NCBI GenBank assembly: GCA_963726455.1
Contig: CAVSCK010000003.1
Coordinates: forward strand, 320,001-384,000
From: an uncultured bacterium
Lineage (GTDB): Bacteria > Zixibacteria > MSB-5A5 > CAIYYT01
Reading direction: 5' to 3'
Length of the DNA: 64,000 nucleotides
Below, in pieces: positions 1 through 10,562 of the stretch (its first letter is position 1; the number at the start of each line of letters is the position of its first letter). Made by a program: the position numbers and the translations under genes. The notes below the pieces were generated by a model that was given only the letters and a program-made list of their open reading frames with translations, did no database searches and was not told the DNA's origin.

Positions 1-1531
1 TAGAGATTGACCTTCTCCGATCTGCGAAAACGCCGACGACACAACGATGCCGACCATCATGATTCCAAAACCCATGTGCGTCACGAATCCACCCCAGCGA
101 AGGCCAACATTGCCCGGCTGTTGATAGACCACCGCGATGTTGCCAAACAACGCAAAGCAGGCGAAGAATATCATCAGCAGATACAGAATCTGGGTCACTC
201 CAAAAATGATCGCGACAACCGTTCCAACCAGCGACAGAACCAGAGGCAACGCCAGCCGCTTCATAACGGACTGCAACGTCTTTTCCTTGGCCGACAAGAA
301 CGGCGACACGCCTGCCAGCAGCGCGATGATAATCGCCATCGGCAGCGCGGTCGTGTTATAGAACTGCGTCGATACATTCGACGGCTTGCCAAATATCCGC
401 GTCATCAACGGCGCCGACGTGCCGACTAAGGTCAGTACCGACAACAGCACCAGGAAAAACACGCCGATCACAATGGCGAAATCGACCGAATACGGATCCT
501 TGATACTGGCCCCGGTCTTGGCACTTTTCGCCCGCACCACCAACAGCACCACCGACAGCGCCAGGAAGAAAACCATGAAGAAGATCAGATAGCCGGAGAT
601 GCCAAGATCGGTAAACGAATGAACTGAGAAATCGGCCAGCACGCCTGATCTCGTCAGGAATGTGCCATATATCACCAATAAGAACGAGAACATCGCCAGC
701 AGCAAATTCGAGCGCCGAAATACGCCTCGGCTTCGTTCAATCAACAGCCCATGCATCAACGCCAGATTGAGCAGCCACGGAATCAGCGACGCATTCTCGA
801 CCGGGTCCCAGGCCCAGTAGCCACCCCAGCCCAGAGTCTCGTACGCCCAATATCCGCCGATAAATATTCCCGCCCCCAAAAATAGCGAACCTAGCGCCGT
901 CCAGGGAAACGCATTCTTAACCCAGTCCTGGTAGTTGTTGCGCGCCAGCGCTCCCAGCGCATACGCAAACGGCACCGCCAGAAGCGAAAATCCGATAAAC
1001 ACGATCGGCGGATGAATCACCATCCAGTAATTCTGCAGCAGCGGATTCAAACCCTGCCCATCCGGCGGTACGCCACCGGGGAATTGCGCCAGAATCTCGG
1101 GGCTAATCGTGGCGAAAGGCGAACGTGCAACCAGCAAAGTCAGGAAGAACGAGATCACCAGCATGTAAAAGAACATCACCGCCGAATGATTCTCGGTCTC
1201 GCGCCGCAGCACGAAAATCCCGATGATGGCCATACACAACAACCAGAGCGTGAACGAACCAACCTGTCCCGCCCAGAATGTCGATATCAGAAATCCGAGC
1301 CCCAGATCGCGCGACGAATAATCATGCACGTAAATCAGCGAGAAATTGTGATTGAGAATCTTGATGCAGAAAATAGACGCTCAGCGCCACCACGGCCGCC
1401 GCGAAGACGTAGTACGCCTTGCGCGCCAGCGACACATAATTGCTGTTGTTGAAAAGCGTCATGCCGTAGCCGACGGTGGAGATAACCGCCATCGCGCAGG
1501 CAATCGCGAGAAGCGTATTTCCGATTGGCAT
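1..1531 (-). CDS. ccmF: Cytochrome c biogenesis heme lyase CcmF (3' end outside window; frameshift near 1345)
   Basis: Reverse-strand translation of ~780-850 gives WAYETLGWGGYWAWDPVENASLIPW (WWD domain), and ~990-1020 gives IHPPIVFIGF. The N-terminus MPIGNTLLAIA starts at 1531 in another frame. Lies in a ccm operon. Confidence 0.93.
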
Positions 1532-1534
1532 GAA

Positions 1535-1903
1535 CTAGGATTCTCCCTGATACTTCGAGGGGCATTTGATCAGCAATTGCTCGGCCTGAAAGACCTGACC
1601 GTCTATACTTGCCCACGCATACCGCATGAGTGGCCTGTCCGAAATTGCCCGGCATGGTGCCGTTGTATCTGACCAGCATCGTGACGCCGGCCGTATCGGT
1701 GATCGGAAACATTAGTTGCTTCTTATCAACATCCCAGCTGACCTTGTCATGGTCGATCGCTCCCATCACCTGCACGCGCTGCGGCTCGTTTTTGCGCTTC
1801 GTTGAAGGTGACATACGAGGTCATCGACTTGGTGAAGGACGAAAACGCCCACACGGCGACGACCGCCACAATCACCGCCGGCGATTATCAGCTTGAACTT
1901 CAT
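1535..1903 (-). CDS. ccmE: Heme chaperone CcmE, CxxxY variant (several indels)
   Basis: Stitched frames give MKFKLIIAG...AFSSFTKSMTSYVTF...RVQVMG...VRYNGTMPGNFGQATHAVCVGKY...FQAEQLLIKCPSKYQGES*. The start overlaps the ccmD stop (ATGA). Confidence 0.85.
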
Positions 1904-2010
1904 TTCATCTTCTCCAAGTTGGAGATCTTCTTGTCGAGACGGAACAGAAACAGGAATATCCCTGCCCAGATAACCAGGTTTGCAAACATCACCGTGTAAT
2001 TACTGGTCAT
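1900..2010 (-). CDS. ccmD: Heme exporter small subunit CcmD (36 aa, below ORF-track cutoff)
   Basis: MTSNYTVMFANLVIWAGIFLFLFRLDKKISNLEKMK*: one TM helix plus a charged tail, between ccmC and ccmE. Confidence 0.8.
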   Translation of the reverse strand: MTSNYTVMFANLVIWAGIFLFLFRLDKKISNLEKMK

Positions 2011-2019
2011 ACAATCTTC

Positions 2020-2685
2020 CTACGCCTCTTCGGCGCGTGCCAATTGAAGTTTATGAAGCCGGATGCCCAATCCGAACATCCAGAAATAGATCACCGTAAA
2101 GCAGAACAGCGACATGAAGAAAATCGGTAATTCCGTCCTCCCCATCGTGAACTTCAGATTCTTGTCAATCACCGAATCCGCCGGATGCAACGACAGCATC
2201 ATGCGCGGCATCACGAAAATGAAGAACGGCACCGTCGGAAACGCAAAGATCGAATACGCCGAACTCAGCACGCCCTTGCGTTCCGGGTTCGGTATCGCCG
2301 CGCGCAACGACAAATACGCGCCGTATATCAGCAGCAGAATAAAAATCGACAGCATACGCGGCTCACTCCAGGTCCAATAAACACCCCAGGTAACTTGCGC
2401 GAACATCGATCCGGTTATCGTCGCCAGAACGCAGAACATCGTCCCCAGTTCCGCCGACCAGAGCGACCGATAGTCGTCAATCTCCTTTCGTGTCTTGAGG
2501 AAGCGAACCGCATAGATCAGATTTACGGCGTAGGCCAGAACCGTCATCCACGCCATCGGGATGTGATAATAGAAAATTCGCGAGGCGTCGCCGATTTGCC
2601 TCTGCGGCGCTGGCGTGGCAAAGCTGAAGTAGATTACTCCCGCCAGCACGACAAACAGACCTATTTGAAGATATCTTCTAACCAT
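2020..2685 (-). CDS. ccmC: Heme exporter/cytochrome c assembly protein CcmC
   Basis: RIFYYHIPMAW, WGVYWTWSEPR (WWD-like) and SLHP motifs; multiple TM segments. Confidence 0.92.
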   Translation of the reverse strand: MVRRYLQIGLFVVLAGVIYFSFATPAPQRQIGDASRIFYYHIPMAWMTVLAYAVNLIYAVRFLKTRKEIDDYRSLWSAELGTMFCVLATITGSMFAQVTWGVYWTWSEPRMLSIFILLLIYGAYLSLRAAIPNPERKGVLSSAYSIFAFPTVPFFIFVMPRMMLSLHPADSVIDKNLKFTMGRTELPIFFMSLFCFTVIYFWMFGLGIRLHKLQLARAEEA

Positions 2686-3353
2686 TCCACACAAAATCGA
2701 ACAAGACCACCGACGCCGTTATCATTATAACAGCGTAGGCGGCCAAAAGTTTAAGGTGATTTTCCGCTCCCGCCCAACCGGCCTCCTCCAATGCCGCATT
2801 GGTGCCGCCCATTGCCGCCACCAATAAAGGCAATAGAACCGGAAACGACAACACCGCAAATAACGCACCGCGTACATTCGCCTTGGCGACGATCGCGCCG
2901 ATAATCGTTGTCGCCCCTGCCAGGCCGATTATCCCCAACACAATCACAACCATAAACAGCGACCAATCGGGCACGGTGACGTTCATAAAGATTACGAACA
3001 AAGGCGTTAGCAGGACGCACAGGAATCGCCAGCAACAGCATGTTGTAAATCAGCTTGCCGGCATAAATCACCGACGGTCTTGCAAAAAGCCGCAATGTCT
3101 GCGCGGTCTTGGTGTCCTCTTCCTTGACAAACACGCCCGCCAATGCCGACATCGCCGAGAAGAATATGATTATCCAATACAGTGCCGACAGTACCTGCGC
3201 CGACAGTCCGAGCTGCCCCAGTGAAAAACTGATCACCACCAGCGTCGTAAACGCAAACATGAACAGCGCATTCAGCGAATAGCGCGTCCGCAATTCGGTG
3301 CGAATATCTTTCGCCAGCACCGCCAGCGCTTTAGTCGCCCAGCCGGATGACAT
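2678..3353 (-). CDS. ccmB: Heme exporter permease CcmB (frameshift near 3010)
   Basis: KDIRTELRTRY N-terminus; LFAVLSFPVLLPLL C-terminal half in a second frame. Confidence 0.88.
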
Positions 3354-3956
3354 TCTCTACCTGCTTTAAGTCCTCTGATTCATTGGTCGCGATAACAACT
3401 ATTCCATCCGACTTCTGCTTCGCGATAATCTCGGCAACGATCTTCTTGCCGGCATCGTCCAGATTCGACGTCGGCTCATCCAGCAGCAAAATCCCCGGCT
3501 TGGCCAACAACACCACCGCGTATTTCAGCCGCTGCTTCATTCCCGACGAATACCCCGCTACCAGATCATCCCCACGGCCACTCAAGCCGACTCTCTCCAG
3601 CAGACTCATCCTGATCGGTGCGATTCTGCCGCACTCCCGCAAGAGTGGAAAAGAATGCGAGATTCTCATACCCGGTCAGCATCTCGTACATCGCCATCTC
3701 CGGGGAGATCATCTTGATGTGGTTGATATAATCGGCCGGTTGAATCTCGGTCTCGCCGTCAAGCACGGCAACTTTGCCCCGCGTGGCGGGCGCCAACTGG
3801 CACAGGATCTTCATGAGTGTGGTTTTGCCCGAGCCGTTGCGGCCCGTGATGCCGAGTGAACCGGGAGCGTTGACTTCGAAATTCAAGATTCTGGAAGACT
3901 TTGCGGGTGCCGAAGCTTTTGCTGAGCTTGTCGACCGATAGCGTTAACGCCACCAA
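3331..3956 (-). CDS. ccmA: Heme exporter ABC ATPase CcmA (two frameshifts)
   Basis: Walker A GRNGSGKTT, signature YSSGMKQRL and Walker B LLLDEP are spread over three frames. Confidence 0.88.
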
Positions 3957-4062
3957 TTCTCCTTTGGAACCGTCACCTGTCTGTCCTGCCCTTTACGGAA
4001 AAGCAAAATATCGCAAACGCGGAGAAAAGCAACCCATCATTATTACAATTCGCTGGGCGCCG

Positions 4063-4770
4063 CTAGGTCAGTACCTGCCCCAACCGATCCCAACGCACCC
4101 GCTGGTTGAAATGAACCAGGTTATACCACAGATTCGGAAACGGGTTGAGCCAGCTCCAGGCCGGGCAGGCCGGATCGGTCGCCCACGACCAGTGCACTAC
4201 CAGCGCTTTGCCGAGAATGAACCGTTGCGGCACCGGACCCCAAAAACGCGAATCATACGAGTCGTCGCGATTGTCGCCCATCATGAAGTAGGATCCTGCG
4301 GGCACCTTATACGGCCCGAAGTTATCGCGCTGCCGGTCGATGTTCGGATCAACGTGCTTCGAAAATGGATAATCTTTGAATTCGACGCCATCAACCCAGA
4401 CCCTCTTGTCGCGCACTTCGACAACTTGTCCGCCGACGGCGATACAACGCTTGACGAAGTTGGTGGAGGAATCGCGCGGAAACTTGAACACCACGATATC
4501 GCCCGGCCGCGGGTCGCGGAGTCCTTTGAAACTCACGTCAACGAGCGGAATCCTGACATTATATATGAACTTGTTTGCCAGCAGGAAGTCGCCCACCAGG
4601 ATCGTGTCTTCCATCGAGCCGGTCGGGACATTATATGCCTCAATCACTGAGTACTTGATCAACAGCGCGCCGATCAGGGCAATCACCAGTGATTTCAAAG
4701 TGTTGAAGCCCGATACTAGCGCAGCTTTCGAGCCGGAGGCCTTTTTCTTCCTGGTCGGTGTGGTCTTCAT
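4063..4770 (-). CDS. lepB: Signal peptidase I (copy 2)
   Basis: PTGSMEDT (catalytic Ser), FVKRC (catalytic Lys), MGDNRDDSYDSRFWG. Confidence 0.95.
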   Translation of the reverse strand: MKTTPTRKKKASGSKAALVSGFNTLKSLVIALIGALLIKYSVIEAYNVPTGSMEDTILVGDFLLANKFIYNVRIPLVDVSFKGLRDPRPGDIVVFKFPRDSSTNFVKRCIAVGGQVVEVRDKRVWVDGVEFKDYPFSKHVDPNIDRQRDNFGPYKVPAGSYFMMGDNRDDSYDSRFWGPVPQRFILGKALVVHWSWATDPACPAWSWLNPFPNLWYNLVHFNQRVRWDRLGQVLT

Positions 4771-4778
4771 TAACTCTC

Positions 4779-5525
4779 CTAACTCACGACGCTGAACACT
4801 CTGCCCCAGCGCACGCGGCTGGACAGGTGGCGTACATTATAACCCATACTTTTCAACAATGAAAGTGGTTTTGTCATGGTCACGGGCGGCGCTTGTGCGT
4901 CCGGCGCCCACGACCAGTGGATAAACGACGCCTTGGCAATGATCAGATTCTTCGGCACGCAGCCCCAGTAGCGCGAATCCGAGGAATTGTCGCGATTATC
5001 GCCGAGCATGAAGTACTGGTCGGGCGGCACGATAATCGGCCCGAAATTGTCACGCGGCTGATTCGAACTTCTGGGCATCACGATCTGGTCGAAATGCACC
5101 GCGTAGGCCGCATCGTCGATGACGTTATGATTCACGAACAGCGTCTTGTTCACGATTTCCACCGTGTCGCCGCCGGCAGCAATGATCCGCTTGATGAGAT
5201 TCACGCGCCTGTCTTCGGGAAAGCGAAACACCACGACTTCGCCAATCCTCGGTGCATGAACTGCGGGCAGCCGAATGTTGGTGAAGGGAACGTAAGCGCC
5301 ATACACTAATTTGTTCGCCATCAGGAAGTCGCCCACCAGCAGCGTATTCTCCATCGATTCCGACGGAATCCGGTACGCTTCCACCACCGATTCCTTGATC
5401 GCGAACGCCAGGATCAGCGAAAACAACAACAGCCGGAAATAGTGCCAGAGATCCCGGCTCCTGTGTTTTCTATTTGCTGTTCCCCAGGTTGCCTGGTACC
5501 CCGATTGACTATCGTTTATTGCCAT
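4779..5525 (-). CDS. lepB: Signal peptidase I (copy 1)
   Basis: PSESMENTL, LIKRI, LGDNRDNSSDSRYWG. Confidence 0.95.
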   Translation of the reverse strand: MAINDSQSGYQATWGTANRKHRSRDLWHYFRLLLFSLILAFAIKESVVEAYRIPSESMENTLLVGDFLMANKLVYGAYVPFTNIRLPAVHAPRIGEVVVFRFPEDRRVNLIKRIIAAGGDTVEIVNKTLFVNHNVIDDAAYAVHFDQIVMPRSSNQPRDNFGPIIVPPDQYFMLGDNRDNSSDSRYWGCVPKNLIIAKASFIHWSWAPDAQAPPVTMTKPLSLLKSMGYNVRHLSSRVRWGRVFSVVS

Positions 5526-5769
5526 AATCCTGTAATCATTAGTCGTCAGTTCGTCAAAATCAATCAGCTTTTATAACGCCGCGCCGACACTTAAGTTTCA
5601 CACTAATATATTCGACGGATTTCAGCGCGAATCGGCACAGCCGCAATAAGTTCTCTTGAACATAAGTTTTACTGCTGCGTCTCAATTATGGCAGCTACCA
5701 AACAGAATATTATATTGAGCAGGGGTATCGACCGGTCATAATTTGCAGATGCTTTTGGGGAGGTTGACG

Positions 5770-7332
5770 ATGCTGCATATCGAAATTTCGACTGCACGTT
5801 TTCTTGCGGCGATTCTGATTCTGCTTGTCTGCCTGGGTATTGGCTGCACCACCTTGGAGATCCAGGGACTTGGCTATGATTACCGCCGCGAGACCTACTT
5901 AGCTACGGTGCCGAACGATTCCACGCGCGCTTATCTGCTGAAGGTTTATCGGATCATCGAAATGCTCGACGATTCACTCTCAAGGAAATTGCAATACCTC
6001 GATGCCGAATACGATCGGGCTGCTATCGACAGTCTGGTCGAGGCCTTCATACGGGAGAAGGATTTCGAGACCCGCCCCGACACTCCCAACCGTAACGAAT
6101 GGTGGGACGAAATCTGGAACGTCCGCGCGGCACACTGTGATTCGTTCTACCACACGACCGCGATGAAACAATGGTGGGATATACGCGCACGGCCCGTGAT
6201 CATGATGGGTCTTCCCGAATCCGAGCAACTAGGTGCATGCGAGACCTGCGGCCTTGGGACCTGTCAGTTTTACGCGATGGATTGGATGAGCAAAGGCCTC
6301 TGGCTGGAGTTCATCGATGCCGGCTGCGACGGTGACTACGAGGACACCGTGTCTTCGCGCGAAATCTTCGTGCAAGCGCTCGGGCCGAAACTCACTGCCT
6401 TCGTCGATCACCAGCCGAAGTTCAAGCCATATCCCGAAGTCACCAAACAAATCAAGTCCGCCGTCGATATCGTTTCCTTTCCCGACTCGGGTGGCTTTGC
6501 CCTCTGGGTCAGTTCCGGCGTAGGCCTCAATCAGTACGTCCCTGACTCGGCGCAGATGGTCAGCTTTCATCAACAGATCACGATCAATCGGATGGAGACG
6601 GTGCCAAAACTGGTCTATCTCGACAGTACGCCTTCCATGACAATGCTGCTCCCCGACACGACCGAGAAACTCGACGACTACTGGTACCCCGTCTATCTGG
6701 GCGGCTGCATCCTCGCGGCGGGAACCTATGACATCTTTCTAACATTGTACGACGACCACGCGCCGGAGCATCGCGGCGCCTACCGCGCAACCGTTACGCT
6801 GCCCACGGCACACGCATCCAAAGACATGAGCGACATCCTGGTCGCACTGAAACCCGCCGAATATACCTGGGAGGCCGGCGACAACAGAATTGTCAGGGGC
6901 AAGTATTCGTTGATGGGCAATCCCGCCTACTATCACCGCGGCGACTCAATTCACCCTTATGTCGAGTTTGACATTACCAAGTTTGCGAAACAAAAATCGG
7001 GCGAACGAGAATACTCGATAACGGCCAGTCTCTACCGCGCCAAAGAAACGTTCGGCAAACCGACAACGGAAATCGGCAGCGTTTTCGAGGTCTCCCATGA
7101 CACGCAGGACACGGGGCCATCGGCTGCCCATTTGCGCAAGCCGCGGAAGAATGATGAGGCCATGATCTTCTCCGCGTCGCGAGTGGCTGCTGATCATCAG
7201 GTGACATTCCAGGCGCCAATAGCGTTACCGAGCAATCTCCCGGCGGGGAAATATTATCTCGTGGTTGCCGTTCAGGACTCATACAGCCGCAACTATCTGA
7301 CCGGTTGGAGGGAAATCCGCATCAAGAAGTAG
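5770..7332 (+). CDS. Putative lipoprotein with a degenerate GWxTD-like domain and beta-rich C-terminal modules
   Basis: GGGAGG RBS before the ATG at 5770; hydrophobic signal ending LGIGC; PDTPNRNEWWDE and WWDIRARPVIMMGLP resemble the GWxTD family core. Confidence 0.6.
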   Translation: MLHIEISTARFLAAILILLVCLGIGCTTLEIQGLGYDYRRETYLATVPNDSTRAYLLKVYRIIEMLDDSLSRKLQYLDAEYDRAAIDSLVEAFIREKDFETRPDTPNRNEWWDEIWNVRAAHCDSFYHTTAMKQWWDIRARPVIMMGLPESEQLGACETCGLGTCQFYAMDWMSKGLWLEFIDAGCDGDYEDTVSSREIFVQALGPKLTAFVDHQPKFKPYPEVTKQIKSAVDIVSFPDSGGFALWVSSGVGLNQYVPDSAQMVSFHQQITINRMETVPKLVYLDSTPSMTMLLPDTTEKLDDYWYPVYLGGCILAAGTYDIFLTLYDDHAPEHRGAYRATVTLPTAHASKDMSDILVALKPAEYTWEAGDNRIVRGKYSLMGNPAYYHRGDSIHPYVEFDITKFAKQKSGEREYSITASLYRAKETFGKPTTEIGSVFEVSHDTQDTGPSAAHLRKPRKNDEAMIFSASRVAADHQVTFQAPIALPSNLPAGKYYLVVAVQDSYSRNYLTGWREIRIKK

Positions 7333-7440
7333 AATGGGCGGGAAGATTGAACGAAATCGCCACTTAATCGTAAGACCATTAGATCAACAATCACGGTGCG
7401 GCACTTTAACGGCTGCTAAAACCTTGCGGAAAACTTCGGG

Positions 7441-8631
7441 ATGACGATGGAGAAGAAACTGGGACCGGTCAGATATGCCGCCTTGTGTCTCACTCACAAC
7501 TGCAACCTGCGCTGTCGCTACTGTTACGCTGGCGCTAAGACCAACAAACGCATGACATCTGTTATCGCGCGACGTGCCATTGACTTCCTTGCCGACCAGA
7601 CACCCGACAAGTGCACTGTTACCTTGTTCGGCGGCGAACCCTTGCTCGAATTCCCGTTGATCAAACAAGTCGTCAGCTATTCGCACGAACAATATCCGGC
7701 AAAGATCGACTTCCGCCTCGCCACCAACGGGACCCTGATCACGCCTGACATGCTCGACTACTTTCGCGACAACGGCATTTACTTTGCGCTGAGTCTCGAT
7801 GGCAGCCGCAGCCAGCACGACGCCGTGCGCTGTACCTCTGACGGTGGCGGCTCATATGATCTGATCAGTGCGCACTTGTCGGAAATCCTCAGCTTCAATC
7901 CGTACACGATCGCCGTCTCCGTCATTGTGCCGGAGACCGTGCCAATGCTGTCTGCCGGCGTGCAGGATCTGTTTGCCAAGGGGTTTCGGTACATTCTGCA
8001 GACGCTCGATTTTCCCGCCGGCTGGCAATCGGAAGACATTGCTGCCCTGAGCAAACAATACAGCGATCTCGCCGATTTCTATTTCACCCAGCTTAGTAAG
8101 GGCGCCAAAATCTATTACAGCCCCTTCGATGAGCGCATCAAAACCTGGGCGCAAAAACCGTACAAACCGGGCGACCTCTGCGACATGGCCAATTCGCAAA
8201 TCGCCATTGCCGCGTCGGGACGGATCTATCCCTGCGTCCAGTTCGTCAATGCCGACGATGACACCTGCCGCTCGAATTCGATCGGCAATATCTTCGACGG
8301 TCTTGATCTCGACCAACGCGAACGCTTCGTCCGCGAGAATCATCAGGAAAAGGAATCCTGCACCGGCTGCGCTCTCGATGGCCGCTGTGCCACCTACTGC
8401 GGCTGTGTCAACTGGCGCGCCACCGGCAGCATCAGCCAGGTGCCGCCGATCGTCTGCGAATATGAGCGCATGCTGATGCCCATCGTCGATCAACTGGCAA
8501 ACAAACTGTGGAAAAAGAATGTCACTCTCTTCAAACGCAAGTTCTACGAGCGCACCTTTCCGGTTTCATCCTATATTGAAGATTGTCTGATTAGCAGGAG
8601 GCAGCCCGATGCTAAGAGTCAAACAGGTTAG
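7441..8631 (+). CDS. Radical SAM / SPASM domain protein
   Basis: CNLRCRYC, FGGEPLL, TNGTL, SLDG; SPASM cysteines C..GRIYPC..CTGC-x5-C-x3-CGC..C. Confidence 0.93.
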   Translation: MTMEKKLGPVRYAALCLTHNCNLRCRYCYAGAKTNKRMTSVIARRAIDFLADQTPDKCTVTLFGGEPLLEFPLIKQVVSYSHEQYPAKIDFRLATNGTLITPDMLDYFRDNGIYFALSLDGSRSQHDAVRCTSDGGGSYDLISAHLSEILSFNPYTIAVSVIVPETVPMLSAGVQDLFAKGFRYILQTLDFPAGWQSEDIAALSKQYSDLADFYFTQLSKGAKIYYSPFDERIKTWAQKPYKPGDLCDMANSQIAIAASGRIYPCVQFVNADDDTCRSNSIGNIFDGLDLDQRERFVRENHQEKESCTGCALDGRCATYCGCVNWRATGSISQVPPIVCEYERMLMPIVDQLANKLWKKNVTLFKRKFYERTFPVSSYIEDCLISRRQPDAKSQTG

Positions 8632-9147
8632 AAATTACCGCGTCGCGAAATACCCGCGCGCAACCTACCAACACCCGCCGACATTTGCCGTGCCCGATCT
8701 GCTGAAACACAGCGCAGCAGCTACCGTGATGATGTTCCTGCTCGAATCATGTGATTTTAGCAAGCCAACATCGGGCTTGCCGAGAGTCGACTTCGTGACA
8801 GAAACCGAGGCCCGGCAGGTCCTGAACAACGTATTGCAGCGAAACGGCATTAGCTTCAAGTCCGACGTCGTCATTAATCTCGACCTGGGCATTCACGGAA
8901 GCGGAGTTCTGGTAGTTGATGCCTATAACGATTCGCTGCGAGTGGGCTATGAATACCTGCTCGCGGAAGATGTCGGCTCCTTTGACGGCACGGTTACGAT
9001 GCGCTTGATTCTTTGGCTTGTGCCCAGGGACCATACATCGACGTGATCGCCGCGGTCACGAAGCGAGATCACTTTGAGCACTACCAACTGCTCGACTCGA
9101 CCATGCAGCAGTTTCTCGACACACTGCGCGCCCACGGAGTTATTTAG
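8609..9147 (+). CDS. rSAM-coupled putative lipoprotein with an N-terminal basic leader (frameshift near 8995)
   Basis: Overlaps the rSAM gene and has an AGGAGG RBS. MLRVKQVRNYRVAKYPR leader, then VMMFLLESC. A second frame supplies ...QQFLDTLRAHGVI* ending at 9147. Confidence 0.7.
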
Positions 9148-9161
9148 GCGCGACTCCCGAC

Positions 9162-10562
9162 TTACGGGCTGACGTGGTCAAGTATCTGTTTGGCGATGGT
9201 CTGGTAATCGCCGCCGAAATGGTGTCCGCCAGACATCTGTATCGACGTCACGAAACTGGTATCGAGATCAAGGCAAATCGAATGTTTTTCCTCCGATCCA
9301 TAGAAGCACAGGACGCGTTGTCCCTTGAGTTTGTCCACTTCCGGCTGCACGGGCAACGCCGTCTTGGGATTGCCACCGGACAGCCAGTCGGTCAGATGAA
9401 ACTGGAAGTCGACCGACTCTTCGAGACCCAGCAGCGCTACGCCGACGACCTGGTCCAGAGTGGACGCCGGTAGTCGATTCGCCATGAAGGGCAAAACGTC
9501 AGCGCCGCGAGAATAACCAACGAGCAACACTTTGTTTTTCTTCCAGGCGTCTGTGTAGTGGCTGATGATACGCAACAGGTCCATGCTGGCACCTTCGGGT
9601 GTTTTGCGATTCCAGAAATACTTCAGTGAATTGAGCCCGACTACGGAAATTCCCTGTGAGGAAAAGTACTCTCCCAGTTGCTTGTCGATATTTGCCCAGC
9701 CGCCGTCACCGGAAATGATCACCGCCAGTAAATCTTTTGAATCACCCGTTGCGGGCAGTTCCACCAACGGCAAATCGCTTAGATTCGTTGAACCCGGCAC
9801 CGCCAGGGATGTATCCGTAGGAATCGTAAGTCGACCGAAGGCATGGCGCAGTTGCGGCAACCAGTTCTTTTGCACGGCAAAACCATGGCCGACCTTGGGC
9901 AATAGCTCGAGTTGGGCGTTCTTCACCTGCTTGACGAATTCTTCGACATTCTTGGCGTCGCAAACTTGATCGACCACTCCCTGAAATGCAACCCATTGCT
10001 GCTCCAGATGCTTTGCCGGCAGGAAACTATACCCCTTCCCTTTCGGGCCGGCCGTCCATTCCAGTCCGCTTCCTTTACAAAGCGGTTTAGTCAACGGCAG
10101 ATCGGGACAGAATCCCATACTGATGGCGCCTGCGAAGGTGTTTGGCGGCGCCTCCACCAACGCGGCATATACCAGCGTTGCTCCGGAGGAATAACCGATA
10201 AGCACCGGCGGCTGGTAAGTCGGCAACTCCAGTTTCTTCTGCGTGTACTGGCTCAACGCCTCGAAATCGGCGGCAACATACGAGCACTGGTCATTCGCGA
10301 CAGCCAGTTCCTTTAGATAGTGGATGATGTCAAACCCGATGACGAGCGCGTTTTCGCCCGCCAGCGACCGCGCCATTTCGACGACACCCAGATTCCAGCC
10401 GCCGTCGCCCGATACGAAGATTGCCACGCGCTCCGGTTTCGGCGTGGTCTGGTAGAGATATACTTTTCCGAACTTGCCAAACCGCAGTGTGTCCTCTTGC
10501 ACACCCCACGCCGTGGCTGACATCAAGAACAGCACTAACAAGAGACCCGTTAGTTTTCTCAT
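9162..10562 (-). CDS. acvB: AcvB/VirJ family lysyl-phosphatidylglycerol hydrolase
   Basis: Signal peptide; two alpha/beta hydrolase halves, each with SGDGGW; GYSSGA and GYSRGADV; GGHHFGGDY. Coupled to mprF. Confidence 0.92.
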   Translation of the reverse strand: MRKLTGLLLVLFLMSATAWGVQEDTLRFGKFGKVYLYQTTPKPERVAIFVSGDGGWNLGVVEMARSLAGENALVIGFDIIHYLKELAVANDQCSYVAADFEALSQYTQKKLELPTYQPPVLIGYSSGATLVYAALVEAPPNTFAGAISMGFCPDLPLTKPLCKGSGLEWTAGPKGKGYSFLPAKHLEQQWVAFQGVVDQVCDAKNVEEFVKQVKNAQLELLPKVGHGFAVQKNWLPQLRHAFGRLTIPTDTSLAVPGSTNLSDLPLVELPATGDSKDLLAVIISGDGGWANIDKQLGEYFSSQGISVVGLNSLKYFWNRKTPEGASMDLLRIISHYTDAWKKNKVLLVGYSRGADVLPFMANRLPASTLDQVVGVALLGLEESVDFQFHLTDWLSGGNPKTALPVQPEVDKLKGQRVLCFYGSEEKHSICLDLDTSFVTSIQMSGGHHFGGDYQTIAKQILDHVSP

